In this document: piece by piece, positions 11,001 to 24,329 of the stretch
Layout of the letters: each line of letters begins with the position of its first letter
Position numbering within the stretch: the stretch's first letter is position 1
DNA from: Leucoraja erinacea
Taxonomy: Eukaryota
Length of the DNA: 64,000 bases
NCBI RefSeq assembly: GCF_028641065.1
Contig: NC_073385.1
Location: 45,074,001-45,138,000 of the forward strand
Direction: 5' to 3'
Program-made: the position numbers and the translations under genes
Notes under the pieces: model-generated
Database searches by the model: none
The model's input: the letters and a program-made list of their open reading frames with translations, nothing else
What the model was told of the DNA's origin: nothing

Positions 11001-11602
11001 CATGTTTCACTAACCTCTTGTTGAAAAAAAATCAAAAATAACTCTATATAAAATGGAAGCAGTTATCTCTCCCTTTTGTTTTACAACTGATACCCTTGTT
11101 TTAAGACCCGATATTCCTATCCCCGGAATCACCTTTGCAATTAACTAGGAAATGGCCCCAAGTGAGTAGAAAGGGAGCACAATCTGCTCCTTGGCCATTG
11201 GTGACTTTAGTTCCGGGTATTGGGCTCAGAGAAACAAGGAGATTAAACCTGTCTCTTTAATATTCAGTGACACCAAATAGCTCTGGTGTAACTTGTGATA
11301 CCAAAGCATTATCACAGCCCTTTGATTTATTCAGCATGCATCGTATCATTATAGATAATACCACCTGAAACCGAAAAGCTCCGAAAAACAGACTGAGCAT
11401 CTGTAAAATTGCTTAAATGTTGTTAGTTCAGGGCTTTTATGAAGAAGGGGTTAGTCCCCTCCTCACAGCGGTCTTTCGCTGTGCAGTAAGCTGAGTGGGG
11501 CCAAGCTGACACTCTACCCCTGGCTGCGAGGCGCTCCAAATCCAGCGCGGCCCGCGGTATATTTTGAACTCTGGGCTAAGATTCAAGTAACACAGCCATT
11601 AG

Positions 11603-11891
11603 ACTTTAGAGGTTTAGAGCAAAAACAGGCCCTTCGACCCACCGAGTCCACGCCAACCAGTGATTACCCCATACACTAGCACTATCTGACACATTAGGGA
11701 CAATTTACTATTTAACTAAGCTAATTAACCTACAAACCTGTACATCTTTGGAATGTGGGAGAATCCAGAGGAAACCCATGCGGTCACGGGGAGAATGGAC
11801 AAACTCCGTACAGACAGCAGCTGTAGCCAAGATCAACCCCGGGTGTTTGGTGCTATACGGCAGCAACTACCGTTGCGCCACTGTGCCACCC
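11603..11891 (-). mobile_element. tRNA-derived SINE (HE1-like)
   Basis: Full-length homology to the 6234-6530 copy. Confidence 0.85.
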
Positions 11892-11969
11892 ATCCACTGA
11901 TGCTAAAAGATGTACATTTTGTACTCTGTGCTAAAATTCAAGTAACACAGTCATTAATGATTTTTTAAA

Positions 11970-12525
11970 AAGTGCTGCAGTAACTCAGTGGGACGGGCGG
12001 CATCTCTGCAGATCATGGACAGGTGACGTTTTGGGTCAGGACCCTTCTTCAGACTGATTGGTGTGAGGAGGAGAAAGCTGAAAGAAAAGAGGGGACAGGA
12101 AAAAGTCTGGCAAGGGTGAATACTGGTTTAGATAGGCAGATGGATGAACGAAGACCAGCGATGAAAAGACAAAAAGCGCGAGTAAGGATAGAAGAGGCAC
12201 AATTGTGAAGCCAGACAAAAGAATATAGATGGAAGGGGATTGGAGGAGGGGGAGTAGAAATAGATGTGAATCTAGGTGGAGTACAGGAAAGAGAGGGGGT
12301 AAACAGAGAGGGGGGAGGGAGAAGTGAGGACGGTTCTTTGGAGGATTGTTACCTAAAATTAGGGAATGCATGATATCCTATGTGGCTGGGACAAAGATAA
12401 TCTATCCCTCTGACGAAGGGTCCCAACCTGAAACATCACCTATCCATGTTATCCAGACTGACCCTCTGAGTTACTCCAGCACATTGTGTCTTTTTTGTAA
12501 ACCAGCATTTGCAGTTCCTTGTTCC
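11970..12525. mobile_element. Penelope-derived element with inverted terminal repeats
   Basis: Minus copy ~11970-12060 plus purine-rich extension, and plus copy ~12405-12525. Both carry the CTGANGA-stem-GAAAC motif or a variant. Confidence 0.65.
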
Positions 12526-13024
12526 TGCACACTGTCCTTCCCTTTTCTTGACCTTTGACAGAATTGACACCATTTCCCTTTAACCCATGTTCAATCGAAT
12601 TCCATTCTTGTATCTCTATTAATAAGCAGAGGAACGCCTATAATGATTGTGTGCCCACACTGTTACTTCCGTGACCTAAGTAGCTATTTTTGTTCTTCGC
12701 CTATTTCTTATTGACCCCCTGATGGCATCATCTGGAGGCAAGGGGTCTGTTTCCATGCATTCATTGAGAACAATCATCTCCTCATCATCACCCTTACCTC
12801 TCTTGCCTTTCAGTTATCAGTGCGGTTATCCAATATCCTGGATCACATCACAATTTCCTCCACTTCAATTTTCCGAGCTTTGAAGTACATCTTTGACTCC
12901 AGTCAGAAAACTTTAATTCAGGCACTACCTGGACAATGTTTGCAATCATGATGCCTTTCGAGACGACTGTCCAGCTGCATCTTTGCCATCAACTAGACTA
13001 ACTATTCCACCTCCTTAACACTCA

Positions 13025-13255
13025 TGAAATCATAAGACATGCAAGCAGAATTAAGCCATTTGTTCGGCCCACGAGTCTGCCCCACCATTCACTCATGGCT
13101 GATCTATTTTTCCCTCTCAACCCCATTCTCCTGCCTTCTCCCCGCAACCTTTGACGCCCTTACTAATCAGGAACCTGTCAATCTCCGCTCTAAAAATACC
13201 CAATGACTTGGCTTCCACTGCCGTCTGTAGCAATGTATTCAACAGAATTCACTGG
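13025..13255 (-). mobile_element. CR1 LINE 3' end
   Basis: gccatt..cggccc..ccattc..tcatggctgatct..ccccattctcctgccttctcccc tail, shared with the copies at 14405, 28950 and 47515. Confidence 0.8.
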
Positions 13256-13294
13256 TCGACTCGATCTCTGCCTCAGCTCACTCACATTGTTCCT

Positions 13295-13750
13295 TAGAAC
13301 ATAGAACAGTAGAGCACAGGAACAAGCCCTAATCTCCTTGCCTGCACATAACTCATATCCGTCCATTACCTGCATATTCATCTGCCTATCCAAAAGCCTC
13401 TTAAACGCCACTATTGTCTCTGCCTCTTCACCCCTGGCAGTACTTTCAGGACACCCACCACTCCTTGTGTAAAAAGCCTGCCCCACACATTTCCTTTAAC
13501 CATGTTCCCTCCCACCTTAAAAATATACCGTCTAGTCTTTGACACTTCCATGCTGGGGAAAAAGGTTCTGACTATCTACCTTGTCCACTCTACTGTATGC
13601 CACTCAGAATTTTATAAACTTCTATCAGGTCTCCCCTCAGCCTCCGATGCTCCAGAGAAAGCAAACCAAGTTTGTCCTATCAACCCTTATAGCTAATACC
13701 TTCCAATCCAGGTAGCACTCTGATAAACCTCTTCTGCACAGTCTTCAAAT
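13295..13750 (-). mobile_element. CR1 LINE 3' fragment (second subfamily)
   Basis: tagaacatagaac tail. Minus frame EAETIVAFKRLLDRQMN is CR1 ORF2-like. Confidence 0.75.
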
Positions 13751-14405
13751 CCTCATTTGTAACCTCGAATTGTAAACTTGAATATCACATTCCTGTCCAT
13801 TATTACTTGTTCTAACCTCCAGAAATTAGTTCATCCAAAGTTCTATTACCTAATGTTGTCGTACAGACAAGTCCCGTTTGCTCAATATCCCTATTCAGGC
13901 ATTAGCTCCTGGCTGTGCAATGCCTCAATTGTAAAGTTCTTATCCTTATATGCAAATTCTTCAATACCCTCAATCCTTCTTACATCTGTAATCTCATCCA
14001 TTTCGAAAGTCCTATGATGAATGTGTGCTCTTTCAATTTTTGCCCCTTGGTCATCCCCAAACTTAATTGCTCCACAAATAGTTGTCATGCCTTCAACTGT
14101 CAATGCTCTAAGTTTTGAAATCCCTTGTGGAATCTATTGAGACCTTCCTTGAAACCTATATATGTGTTTGAACAAGCTTCTGGTATCGTGTTCTGGAGTC
14201 TCTCCCTAAGTTGTTAGGTCCTGTGAAGTGAATTGGAAATTTTGTTATGTGAAAGGTGCCATATATTGTTGCTGTTGCCTTTATTAACACAGGACATGCT
14301 TGAAGTTTTGATTTGAAACAGCAGGAACAGTAAAGCACACTGGTGTGTGATTATCTGAAAGCTAGACCCGTGCTGTAAAATCCAACAGGTTTCTTGCATC
14401 TGAAG

Positions 14406-14748
14406 GGTTCATAAATTCATAAATTATAGGAGCAGAATTAGGCCATTCGGCCCATCAAGTCTACTCCGCCATTCAATACTGGCTGATCTTTCTTTCCCTC
14501 TCAACCCCATTCTCTTGCCTTCTCCCCATAACCCCGGACACCCTTACTAATTAAGGCTATGTCAATCTCTGACTTAAAAATATCCATTGATTTGGCCTCC
14601 ACAGCCCTCTCTGGCAATTAGTTCCACAGATTCACCACCCTCTGACTAAAGAAATTCCTCCTCATCTCCCTTCCAAAGGTATGTCCTTTTATTTGGAGGT
14701 TGTGGCCTCTGGTCCCAGACTGTCCCACTAGCTGAAACATATTGTCCA
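14406..14748 (-). mobile_element. CR1 LINE 3' end
   Basis: Homologous to 28950-29295 and to the inverse of 47515-47880. Confidence 0.82.
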
Positions 14749-16487
14749 GAGCTTTGGTCTTTAAAAAAATATTCTTTATATTTTATTGAGAACATTGAGG
14801 AACGGTTATTTTTTTTAGCAGGAAGAAGTTTTACTAGTGCTCAAAGAGTTGTAGGCATGGTATAAATAACACCTCCGATCTTGAGCATAGCAACCTTCTT
14901 CATGTACGAGACTCACTAGCAGGCTAATGTGTTGTGTCCCTTTGGGAGTTGATTCAAAGCTCTGTAGCCACACTCCCTTTTATCAATCAAAATATGGCCA
15001 ATTGAGATTATCAGACCAGGCAGATAAGACTGTTTTCTCTCCTCCCAAGAGCCACTAATGGTGTGGGCACATGGGGAAACAAAAAAAACCCTCCAGATGA
15101 GGAGCGCTTCATGTGCTCCTATATCACATCACTAAGTAATGCACCCTCTCCTCTCACCCTTCCCCCATTCATTTCTCCCTGGTGTACTCCGTGTAATGGG
15201 CTGGACTAAATTACTAGGTTTTTCTTTTTACCCCCAACCATTTTTATTATTTACATCTGGTAGTCTCCTTATTATAAAGTCTCTCTTGCTCCCCTTGTAC
15301 ACAATTGCACACAGAGCTGCAAACCATTATAGTCCCTCTCAGCATGAGAACTTCATACTGTCTTCAAACAAATAATTACAGGCAAGGTTAAGGGGTCACA
15401 TGGAGGTCATATCTTTGGATACTCATCAGAATGTTTACATTAGTACCAACAGAGGCTCATTTAACATGCAGAGATTTAAAAAATGTTTTACTGATGTACA
15501 AAGGTAAATGGAGCAATTTTAAAATACGGGACAAAATTTGTAAGGCCAACTTCCAAAACCATAATACTGAAAAGTTTCCATATCCTCATGTTTAATGTAT
15601 TCGCCAAATGATCTTGACAACACTAATAGTTCCTCTGCCATTACCATTAAAAAGGAACACACAAATCTGTATGGTGCCTTTCTCTGTATGTAGGGTTAAC
15701 ATTCCCATACATTTGTGCCCAACCTTTATTGAACTTAAATCTCCTACAACCCTGTTTTCTGCTTCACTGACTCCACACCACACCTGGCAACATGCTCTTA
15801 TTTTTAGCAATCTTGCCATGAGAAAACTTTTTTTAGCCAAACCTTATTTATCTGGAACAGAGCCCAAATTAGATAGTCACTTCTTAAACAAACCCTCTTC
15901 CCAAACTAGTTGTTTAACCGGTTTGTCAAATCTTGCTGATAACCGGAATCCAGCCTACAAATACTATGTTAATTAAGTTCTATCACAGAATGAACAGCTT
16001 AAACCGATGTGCTTTGATATTTTAAACAGCACTGCTCAAATCTATGGTAAGCAAAAATGTTAACTGATCATGTTAAATGTTAACGCAAGCTGATTTCTTG
16101 TTACACTAAAATTGAAATGTTCAAAGTTGAAGGAAAGTGAAAGAATTATTGATTTTTTTGGTAAATTTTCTACTGAACAGGCCTAAATGCAGTTCAAACC
16201 AAAATGACATGCAAATATTATTTGCAGATTTAACAGCCTCTGGAGATGGCTGCACCTGTCAACTTAATCCTTGCTGCTTCTTGGAGAATTTTTTGAGAAT
16301 TAGGAATATCCACTCAGAAATATTATTGTGCAGAGTGGACAGCCTTTCCAAATGTCCATCCTTGTAAATTATTTTACAAACATTTGGAGAACTCCAATGA
16401 GATTGATCCAAATTCCCCTATTTGTTATATCCATGCCATCCAATACGTCCAACAATCTGTTGTCACAAACTTGCCTTGCAATTTTCT

Positions 16488-16748
16488 TTAGACTTTAAAA
16501 CTTAAAAGATACAGTGCAGAAACAGGCCATACACTAACACTATCCTACACACTAGGGACAATTTTTATCAAAGCCAATTAACCTACAAACCTGCACGTCT
16601 TTGGAGTGTGGGAGAAAACCGGAGGACCCGGAGGAAGCCCATGCGGTCACAGGGCAAACGTACAAGCTCTACACAGACAGCACCCGTAGTCAGGATCAAA
16701 CCCGGGTTCTCAGGCAGCAGCTCTGCCACTGCCCCATTGTGCCACCCC
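16488..16748 (-). mobile_element. tRNA-derived SINE (HE1-like) with internal deletions
   Basis: Head, core and tail homology to the other copies. Confidence 0.82.
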
Positions 16749-17559
16749 AAGTAATCCTGTAGTTTCCTGTAGTCTGAACAGATAGGCTGCATAAATAAGC
16801 ATCCTACCTAGCAAGACAGGCTAAAAGAGTTGGGACTCCACATGTTAAAGATGCATAATTTTAGGGGTGAATTGTTCAACTTTTATAAATAAGACTTTTG
16901 ATTATGGCGGACTCAAGGTTTAAAGGGATCAGACGGGCAATGGAACTTAGATCATACCAGCTACGATCCTACCAAATGGTGCAGGTGCCTTGAGGGCTTT
17001 CTTGGCCGATTCCGAGCCCTACCTCTTAGTAGACCAAGCAACTACTATGGTCAACTATGTGGTTCTTATAGTTGGCCAATATGGACCATATAGTTGTCCA
17101 TATTAGAAACTAAGTTGAACGCTTGTGTGCCTGTTGACAGTTGATTCAATCTTTATAGATAAATCCAATGGAAACATTGCAAGTGTTGCTTCTCTCTGGA
17201 AGGTATTATTTTGCTCTGCACCATTTAATTTTCCTCTTCCCGTGGCCGAGCACCCTCATGTGAGTGATTTCAGTCACTTTGACAAGATAGCTCAGGTCGA
17301 TCAGGAATCCAAAAGGTGGATTCCATTTCCCCTGTTTCCCAAGAGAAAAAGGAATAATATGCCAAATTGTCACATCACATTTAAGAAATATGCCCTTCTA
17401 CAATTATATAAGGTTTTGGTGATAACACACCTGGAGTATTCTACATAGTTTTGGTCTCCTTATATAACAGAAGGAAATGCTTGCGACGGAGAGAGTGCAG
17501 CAAAGGTTCACTAGATAGGTTATTGGATTGCAACTCTGTCAGAAGAAGAGAGCTTGGCA

Positions 17560-17908
17560 GTTGGCTTCCATTCTCCTCCACCCCCCTCCACTCTCCCCCC
17601 TCTCCCTTCTGGACTCGCACCTGTTTCTTCTGTCCCACTCGCTTTCCACCAATATTCCTTCCTCTAGCCTTTGTCTCTTTGTCTCACACCTTCTGTCTTT
17701 TCATCTCTAACCTATTATCTGCCATGCGTTGACTGCTCCTCCTTTCTTCCCGCTTTCTTTTCCCACCCATCGACAATCAGTCTGAAGAAGAGTCCCGACC
17801 TGAAAAGTCACCTATCCATGTTCTCCAGAGATGCTATCTGACCCGCTGAGTTACTCCAGCATATTTAGTCTTCTTTTGCAAACTAGCATCTGCAGTTATT
17901 TGTTTCTA
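17560..17908 (+). mobile_element. Penelope-derived 3' region with terminal repeat
   Basis: Pyrimidine-rich tract, then caatcagtctgaagaagagtcccgacctgaaaagtcacc...gagttactccagca. Inverse of 11970-12330. Confidence 0.65.
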
Positions 17909-18074
17909 CGTATGTTTTTTCTCCATACATCATATCCAAATAGAACTCCTGAATCACAATAAACTGCTAAATATTATTTGAGTTTGAGAGTATGCTCTAA
18001 CGAGTGTCAAGCTCATCACTGTTATTCTAGGGTTGTATAGAATGGATTTCATTTACCTGGTGCTTTTTTCCCTT

Positions 18075-18302
18075 GTTAACCAGGGGTGCCTGCACTCATG
18101 TGCAGTGGCAGCCTGGTTCGCTGCTGTGAGAAGGTAAGACTGTTCGAAGAGCTTTTGTAACTTAGTGGGCACCAGGAATGTGGCGACTCTTTGTATACTG
18201 CCTAAGTGAGGTCTGCTGTATGATTTCACCGGATTGTATGCAAAAACAAAGAATTTCACTGTACCTAGATACATGTGGTAATAAAGCATCATTGATTCAT
18301 TG
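18075..18302 (+). mobile_element. Unclassified retroposon 3' end
   Basis: Ends tgtatgcaaaaacaaagaatttcactgtacctagatacatgtggtaataaa. Similar tails at ~20325-20372 and ~59345-59385. Confidence 0.5.
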
Positions 18303-19954
18303 GAGATTCAAATATGAGGCTGAGGAATTCGCTCCTGGTTCGCTGAGGTAAGGGATTAATACACGTTTTCATACCCATCTCTAGCAATGAGCCAGAAGGT
18401 GTTGTGCACTGGAAGTGATTCCCTACATGCCCGTTGTACATTACACCATCTCAGTCATAGCTCCCACCACGGCAACCCGGTGGCATCCAAAGGTCCAAAC
18501 CAAGGTTAGTGGGGGTGGAACAATTGGAGCTCATTGGGGAGGGGTTTGAAACAGATGTGGCATCAGAGAATCAGAGACCAGAGAGGGCTGCTTGTGGAAG
18601 ACTGCATTCAACCTCAATCAGGTCCAAGGGTGAGTGGAGTTCAGCTGACTGGAGACCAGCACCACTGGGTTAGTAGGAAGTTGGTTAAGAATGGGCTCTT
18701 GGGTGTAATAGTGTTGGAAGATGTTGTTAAGGTGTTTGTGAAAGATATTGGGGTATTTGGAGATTTGTGGAGGTGACAATTATGGAATCAACTAGGGAAT
18801 CAGTGAAATGCTGGTCAGAATTTCAGATGATTGTGGGAATGGGGCCAGGGGATGGGGAATATGGATTGGCAGTCCAAAAAACAGAACGTAATGGGACTGC
18901 TATCAGTCCAAACCCAGTCGGCCAAAGATGAGCATAACTAAGGCAGTCACTTCTCAGAACAACCACGTGCAGGAGAAACATTTGACGCCATTCAATTGTT
19001 CATGGCACCCTGGTCCTTTGCACAATGAATCTTGCAGTGAATGGTTCTCCAGCATAACATTGAGTGGGCCTATAGCAGTTTAACTATTTAATGCCCCGTG
19101 ACAGTTGCTGCTCAATGTCTGGCTAGGGGTCCCAAAACCATGCAATGAACCGATCAGAATGAAATAACTCAGACCATAACAATTTTCTCCTCAGGAAACA
19201 AGGTTGCCGGTTTAATGAAAGAGTAGGATGCATGCTGCAATATTCTCAGCCTGGAGACTGACAAGGCACAGCTTTGTTGTTTTGATCCCCCTTTCTGCCG
19301 TAGTTAAGCAGCCTTGTTGCACCAAACCGGCGCCTGACTGAGTACTCCTATTCATTTACTGCAACTTTTTGATGGACTGCTCAGTATTAAGGGTGTATCA
19401 TATTTCTTGGTCCAAAGTTAGGATGTTCTGCGCTCCTGTTAGTTGCTGGGATACATTCAGTTTTGACACTAATAACAGGTCAACACCAATAGTGCCTTTT
19501 TGCGGAATGCCAGATGTACATTTTAAACAAACTACAATCTAATTTGCTCTAACACTTGATGCCAAATCACAAAGGGGGAGGTCCACCCACGGAGCAGGAA
19601 TCCCTGGAGCCACTTCTAAACCAACGCAGGTTTGAGTTGTAAATGTATTTTTTGAAAAGTAAAAACTGGCTCATGAAGGCTACAAAGAAATGATTTAATT
19701 TTGGTGTTGTTCCTTATGTTATGCTTTTATGTGGCCATGAACTCTTTGACACAGGTTAACACAAAGCTAGCAACATCTCCAGAGAGAAATACCTTCTACG
19801 AGGGTTTCCCACCACCACACAAATCATTACTGGAAATTGCCGGGGAATCAGTAACCGTTTCTCCAAGGACTAACAGTATGGTTCACACTACTGAGTACTG
19901 AAGGGTAATTATCAATGGGAAAAGGCAAGAATAAAACAACAGCAACAGTTTCAG

Positions 19955-20380
19955 GGTTGAGGCCTCGGCGGTGGCAGCGGTGGCAGCGGTGAAGCCTCAC
20001 GACGACAATGCCTCGGCGGTGGTGAAGCCTAGCAGTGGCAGCGGCGATGCCTCGAGGGTCGACTTGTGGTCGATGGTCGATGAGAGCGTGGAGAACCACC
20101 GTGAGGGGGGAGGAGAAGAACAATGGAGGACCCGGCATGGGGGGGACTGCCATGAGGGGGGAGGGGAAGAACAATGGACAATGGGGGGGGGGGGGGGGGA
20201 ACAAAGGACAATGGGGACCCGACGTGGGGGAGCTGCTGTGGTAGGGGGGAGGGGGAACAAAAGGGGGAGCCGGCGTGCTTTATAACTTTGTCAGCGCCGT
20301 AGGTGGCTGCTATTTGTATACATTGTGTATGCAAGCAAATAATCTCACTGTGCTTAGTCACATGTGACAATATTCCTATT
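19955..20380 (+). mobile_element. GC-rich unclassified repeat with internal direct repeats and LINE-like tail
   Basis: Abrupt GC/CpG rise, repeated gaggggggagg.gaagaacaatgga units, tail shared with 18075-18302. Confidence 0.5.
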
Positions 20381-20506
20381 CCTTTTCTTTGGGCAGATCC
20401 ATGGGATAGCAGAACATTCCACTCATTCTTGGCTGACCCCAAATATGGTAGATACAGTACTCTACATCATGACTGTATGATTATGCGTTTTCCTACATAA
20501 ATATGG

Positions 20507-20808
20507 ACTTTAGAGATACAGGGCGGAAGCAGGCTCTTTGGCCCACCGAGTCCACGCCGACCTGCAATCACCCCACACACTTACAATATCCTACACACGA
20601 AGGACAATTTACAATTTTTACAATTTTACCGAAGCAGATTAACCTACACGTTTTTGGAGTGTGGGAGGAAACTGGAGCACTCGTGGAATACCCACACCGT
20701 CACACGGAGAATGTAAAAAATCTGTGCAGTTGGCACCCGTAGTCAGGATCGAACCTGGGTCTGTTGCGCTGTAAGGCAGTAACTCTGCCGCTGTGCCACT
20801 GGGCCACC
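20507..20808 (-). mobile_element. tRNA-derived SINE (HE1-like)
   Basis: Full-length homology to the other copies. Confidence 0.85.
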
Positions 20809-21589
20809 CGTGCAGGTTACTAAAGTACAAACGGTGACAATATACAAGTTTACGTATAGAAAGGTGATTTTGAATCGCTACGGTGGTGCTTCACATAATA
20901 GACACAGAGAATTAGTTCCAAAGTCTATTAACAGTCTTGGGCTTGCATTTTCTCCATAAAAGTTGTTTGCGAAGTTCACTCAAGATGGGTGTGTACCGCC
21001 AGTATGATTGCCACATTCAAAGGAAATGTGAGAAATTGCACCACGAGTTTTTAAGTGCAGAATGCCAGAATCAGAATCTGTCAACAGCCCCAATGCTAAC
21101 AGCAATTTCTCCTATATTTGTCAATGCAGCAACAGGGAAGGTACCCCATTGTAATCCATCATATATCCCGAGAGACGAGACAAGGTGCTATATAAATGCA
21201 AATTTTTTTTATCTTTTACTTGTGATATATATCAAGCAAGAAATCAAGATGACTAGCATACTTTGGTCAGGTCCCAACTTGTTCTTGATTCATTCTGGTA
21301 CAGCCTTTCCTGTTTTGTGCAAATCTGCGTTTGAGCAATGATCCTGTCTGTCTTCCCCCTGGGATATAGGGTGAAACTAGTGTATGTCAGCAAATTCTTT
21401 AACTCATTGTGGGTGCTTGAATTTTAACATGGGATTATATTGAGAAAATATCAGCTTAAGCACCCGAAAAATTGAAGTAATTTCCAGGCAAATATTTAGT
21501 ATTTTTTAGTTTAGAGAGATAACATGGAAACGGGCATTTCGCCACCCCATTCACATTAGTTCTTAAACCTGTTTTTTGGGGGTTTTTTT

Positions 21590-21806
21590 TGATTCCCTTA
21601 CCCTGGTTAACAGACATTCATCCTATTCCCCTCATGAATTTATACACCTCTATAAAATCACCCCTGAGCCCCCTATGCCCCAAGGAATAAAGTCCTAGCC
21701 TGTCCAACCTCACCCTAAAGCTCAGGTCCTCAGGACCTTATAACATCCTCATAAATCTTCATAATATTCCAAATGTAGCCTCACCAACATCTTGTACGAC
21801 TGTAAC
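21590..21806 (-). mobile_element. CR1 LINE fragment
   Basis: atcctattcccctcatgaatttatacacctctataaaatcacccct...aatattccaaatgtagcctcacca, typical of the CR1 ORF2 antisense strand. Confidence 0.7.
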
Positions 21807-21809
21807 AGA

Positions 21810-22262
21810 GTTTTACTTTAGTTTTTTGTCACGTGTACCGAGGTACAGTGAAAAGCTTTTGTTGCATTTCACCAGTCAGCAGAAAGACTATACATGATTA
21901 CAATTGAACCATCCAATGTGTACAGATACATGATAAAGGGAGTAATGTTTAGTGCAAAGTAAAGTCCGATAAAAGATAGTCTGAGGTACCAATGCGATAG
22001 TAGCTCAGGACTGCTCTCTAGATGTTGGTAGTATGGTTCAGTTGCCTGATGACAGCGAGGACAAAACTGTCCCTGAATCTGGAGGTACATGTTTTCACAC
22101 TCCTGCACATCTTGCTTGATGGGAGAGGGGAGAAGAGGGAGTGAGACTCGTCCTTGATTATGCTGGTGGCCTTGCCGAGGCAGAGTGAAATGTAGATGGA
22201 GTCAACGGAAGGGAGGTTGGTTTGTGTGATGGTCTGGGCTGCGTCTATAATTCTTCGCAATC
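21810..22262 (-). mobile_element. Rex1/Babar-like LINE 3' end including the ORF C-terminus
   Basis: Minus ORF 22018-22266 (HSLFSPLPSSKMCRSVKTCTSRFRDSFVLAVIRQLN) resembles the Rex1/Babar RT C-terminal motif. Confidence 0.75.
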
Positions 22263-23092
22263 CCACCTTCTATACTCAGTATCCTCACTAATGAATGTAC
22301 CAGCAGCCTTCCTAGCTGTTTGTAAATTAGGGAAGAAACGTGGGCTTATGGAGTATATAAGTGTATGCTGTGAGCGAGCTCACTGGACTTCACCTTGGGC
22401 TGGGACTGGAATGGTGCCAGGACCCTCGAGTTCTCTACGCCAGGCTACAGTGAAGGAGTCCCCAGTGTGCAGAAGATTCGGGACGTTGCTACCAACTGCC
22501 ACTCCTATCAGTGAAGACCGAATGAGCAGAAGACTTGCGATTAATTTATTCCTTTCTAAACCTTTTACTGTATGTCACTATACTTTAATAACCTGAATTT
22601 ATTTGTAACTTTGGAGTGTTCTTTCTCCATTATTGACCCAAATCCTCAAAACCTGCCTGTATGATTACAAAGCCCAAGTCCAAATCATTTCTACATTCAA
22701 AGGAAATGAGTGGTCCCGTTACCAATCTTTTGGTAAACTCCGCTGAACACTTCCCTCCAGATTGTGACACAATCTTTCATAGATCACATCTTGTTTCCTA
22801 TTACCTGGCCAATTTTCCATTCCCATTGCCACCGTCTCTTTTACACCACAGACTTCAATCTTGATCAGGTGCCTATTATGTGGTATCTCTCGAACGCCTG
22901 ATGGACTGATGGACATCAATATATACCATAACAACCACATTTCCCTCATCAACACTCACTGTAACTTCATCACATGAACCTATCACGGTAGTTGAACATG
23001 ATTTGTTTTTAATAAATCCATGTGGCTTTCACTCATCAATCCACACCTGCCTAAGTGACTACTAATTCTGTCTGATTAATATTACTGTTCAG

Positions 23093-23382
23093 CTTTGAGA
23101 TATAGCTTCAGCCCACCGAGTTAATGCCGACCATCGATCATCCATACACTAGTTCTGTTATCCAATGTTCACAACCTACACACAAGAGGCAATTGTACAG
23201 AAGCCAATTAACCTATAAGGTTGCATGTCTTTGGAGTGTGGGGTGAAATCGGGGCACCCGGAAGAAACCCACGCGGTCACAGGGAGAAATTACAAACTCC
23301 ATACAGACAGCACCCATGGTCGGGATGGATCCAGGTCTTTGGCACTGTAAGGCAGCAACTCCACCGCCCTGCCACTGTGCGC
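23093..23382 (-). mobile_element. tRNA-derived SINE (HE1-like)
   Basis: Homology to the other copies. Confidence 0.8.
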
Positions 23383-23569
23383 TGACACTGTTATTGCCAG
23401 AACCTTCAATGTCATCCGATCTTAAGCTGCCCGGTCGGTTATAGTTCCTGCGGTCACCCTTTTTATATAAGGCTGTAATATTTGCAGCGTCACTGCTCAG
23501 CCATCACTTGTCTGGCAGTGCATGACCAGAGCCTCTGCAACTTACTCCCTCAGTTCGCTCAACAAGCCC

Positions 23570-24312
23570 AGGGCAGCACAGTGGCACAGCTGGTAGATCT
23601 GCATCCCACAGCGTCAGAGACCCGGGTTCGAACCTGACCTCAGGTGACGTCTGTGTGCAGTTTGCACTTTTTACCTGTGTAGTGACAGATTTTAATATCG
23701 TTTCAAGGATTTAGTCCTTTAGTCACTTTAATTGAAGACAGGGGATCAGAAGATAATGGATACGCACCCACAAGTTCTCTACGAGACATTCAATGCCGTC
23801 GAAAGATAAATCTTCCAAACACAGTCTCTTGATTAATAGTTTCTTTATTGTAGTAGTAAAACCAGTAAGATATTCATCCAAACGTCTTCTTGTGTAAGTA
23901 CATTTCAATTCAATCGTGGTCATGCTCGTGCATGGTCAAAAGCTATGACCTCCCCCATTCTTCTTCAAACTAAACTAACTACTAGGGAGTCTGCACTAGA
24001 ATCCCAGCCGTAAACACGCCTCAGACTACGTATAAATCCCACCCACATAATTACAGGCAGATAAAATGTAAAGGTAACTGGTTATAGTTATAACATACTG
24101 AGTTAAGCTAAATGGCTTCTACAACCTATGTGACTGTGTGTGTTTCCTTCAGTTTCTCCAGTTTCCTCCCACATCCCAAAGACACATCCCAAAGGGTTGG
24201 TAGGTTAATTGGCTGTGTGTAATTCCCCTTAGTGTACAGAGTAGATATGAAAATGGGATAACATAGAACCTGTGTGAACAGGTGATCGATGGTTACTGTA
24301 GACTTGGTGGAA
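23570..24312 (+). mobile_element. tRNA-derived SINE split by a 446-bp insertion
   Basis: Head 23570-23677 (gggcagcacagtggcacagc...gggttcgaacc). Body resumes at ~24124 (gtttcctcccacatcccaaagac...ggtaggttaattggc). Confidence 0.8.
23678..24123 (-). mobile_element. Probable solo LTR
   Basis: Termini TGTAG...CTACA, flanks acctg/accta (5-bp TSD with one mismatch), internal minus-strand AATAAA at ~23845. Cleanly interrupts a SINE. Confidence 0.65.
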
Positions 24313-24329
24313 CCTGACCAGATCTTTAG

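Noticed and set aside
19848-20442. Several overlapping 70-137 aa ORFs
   Set aside because: GC-rich low-complexity repeat that lacks stops. No recognisable protein.
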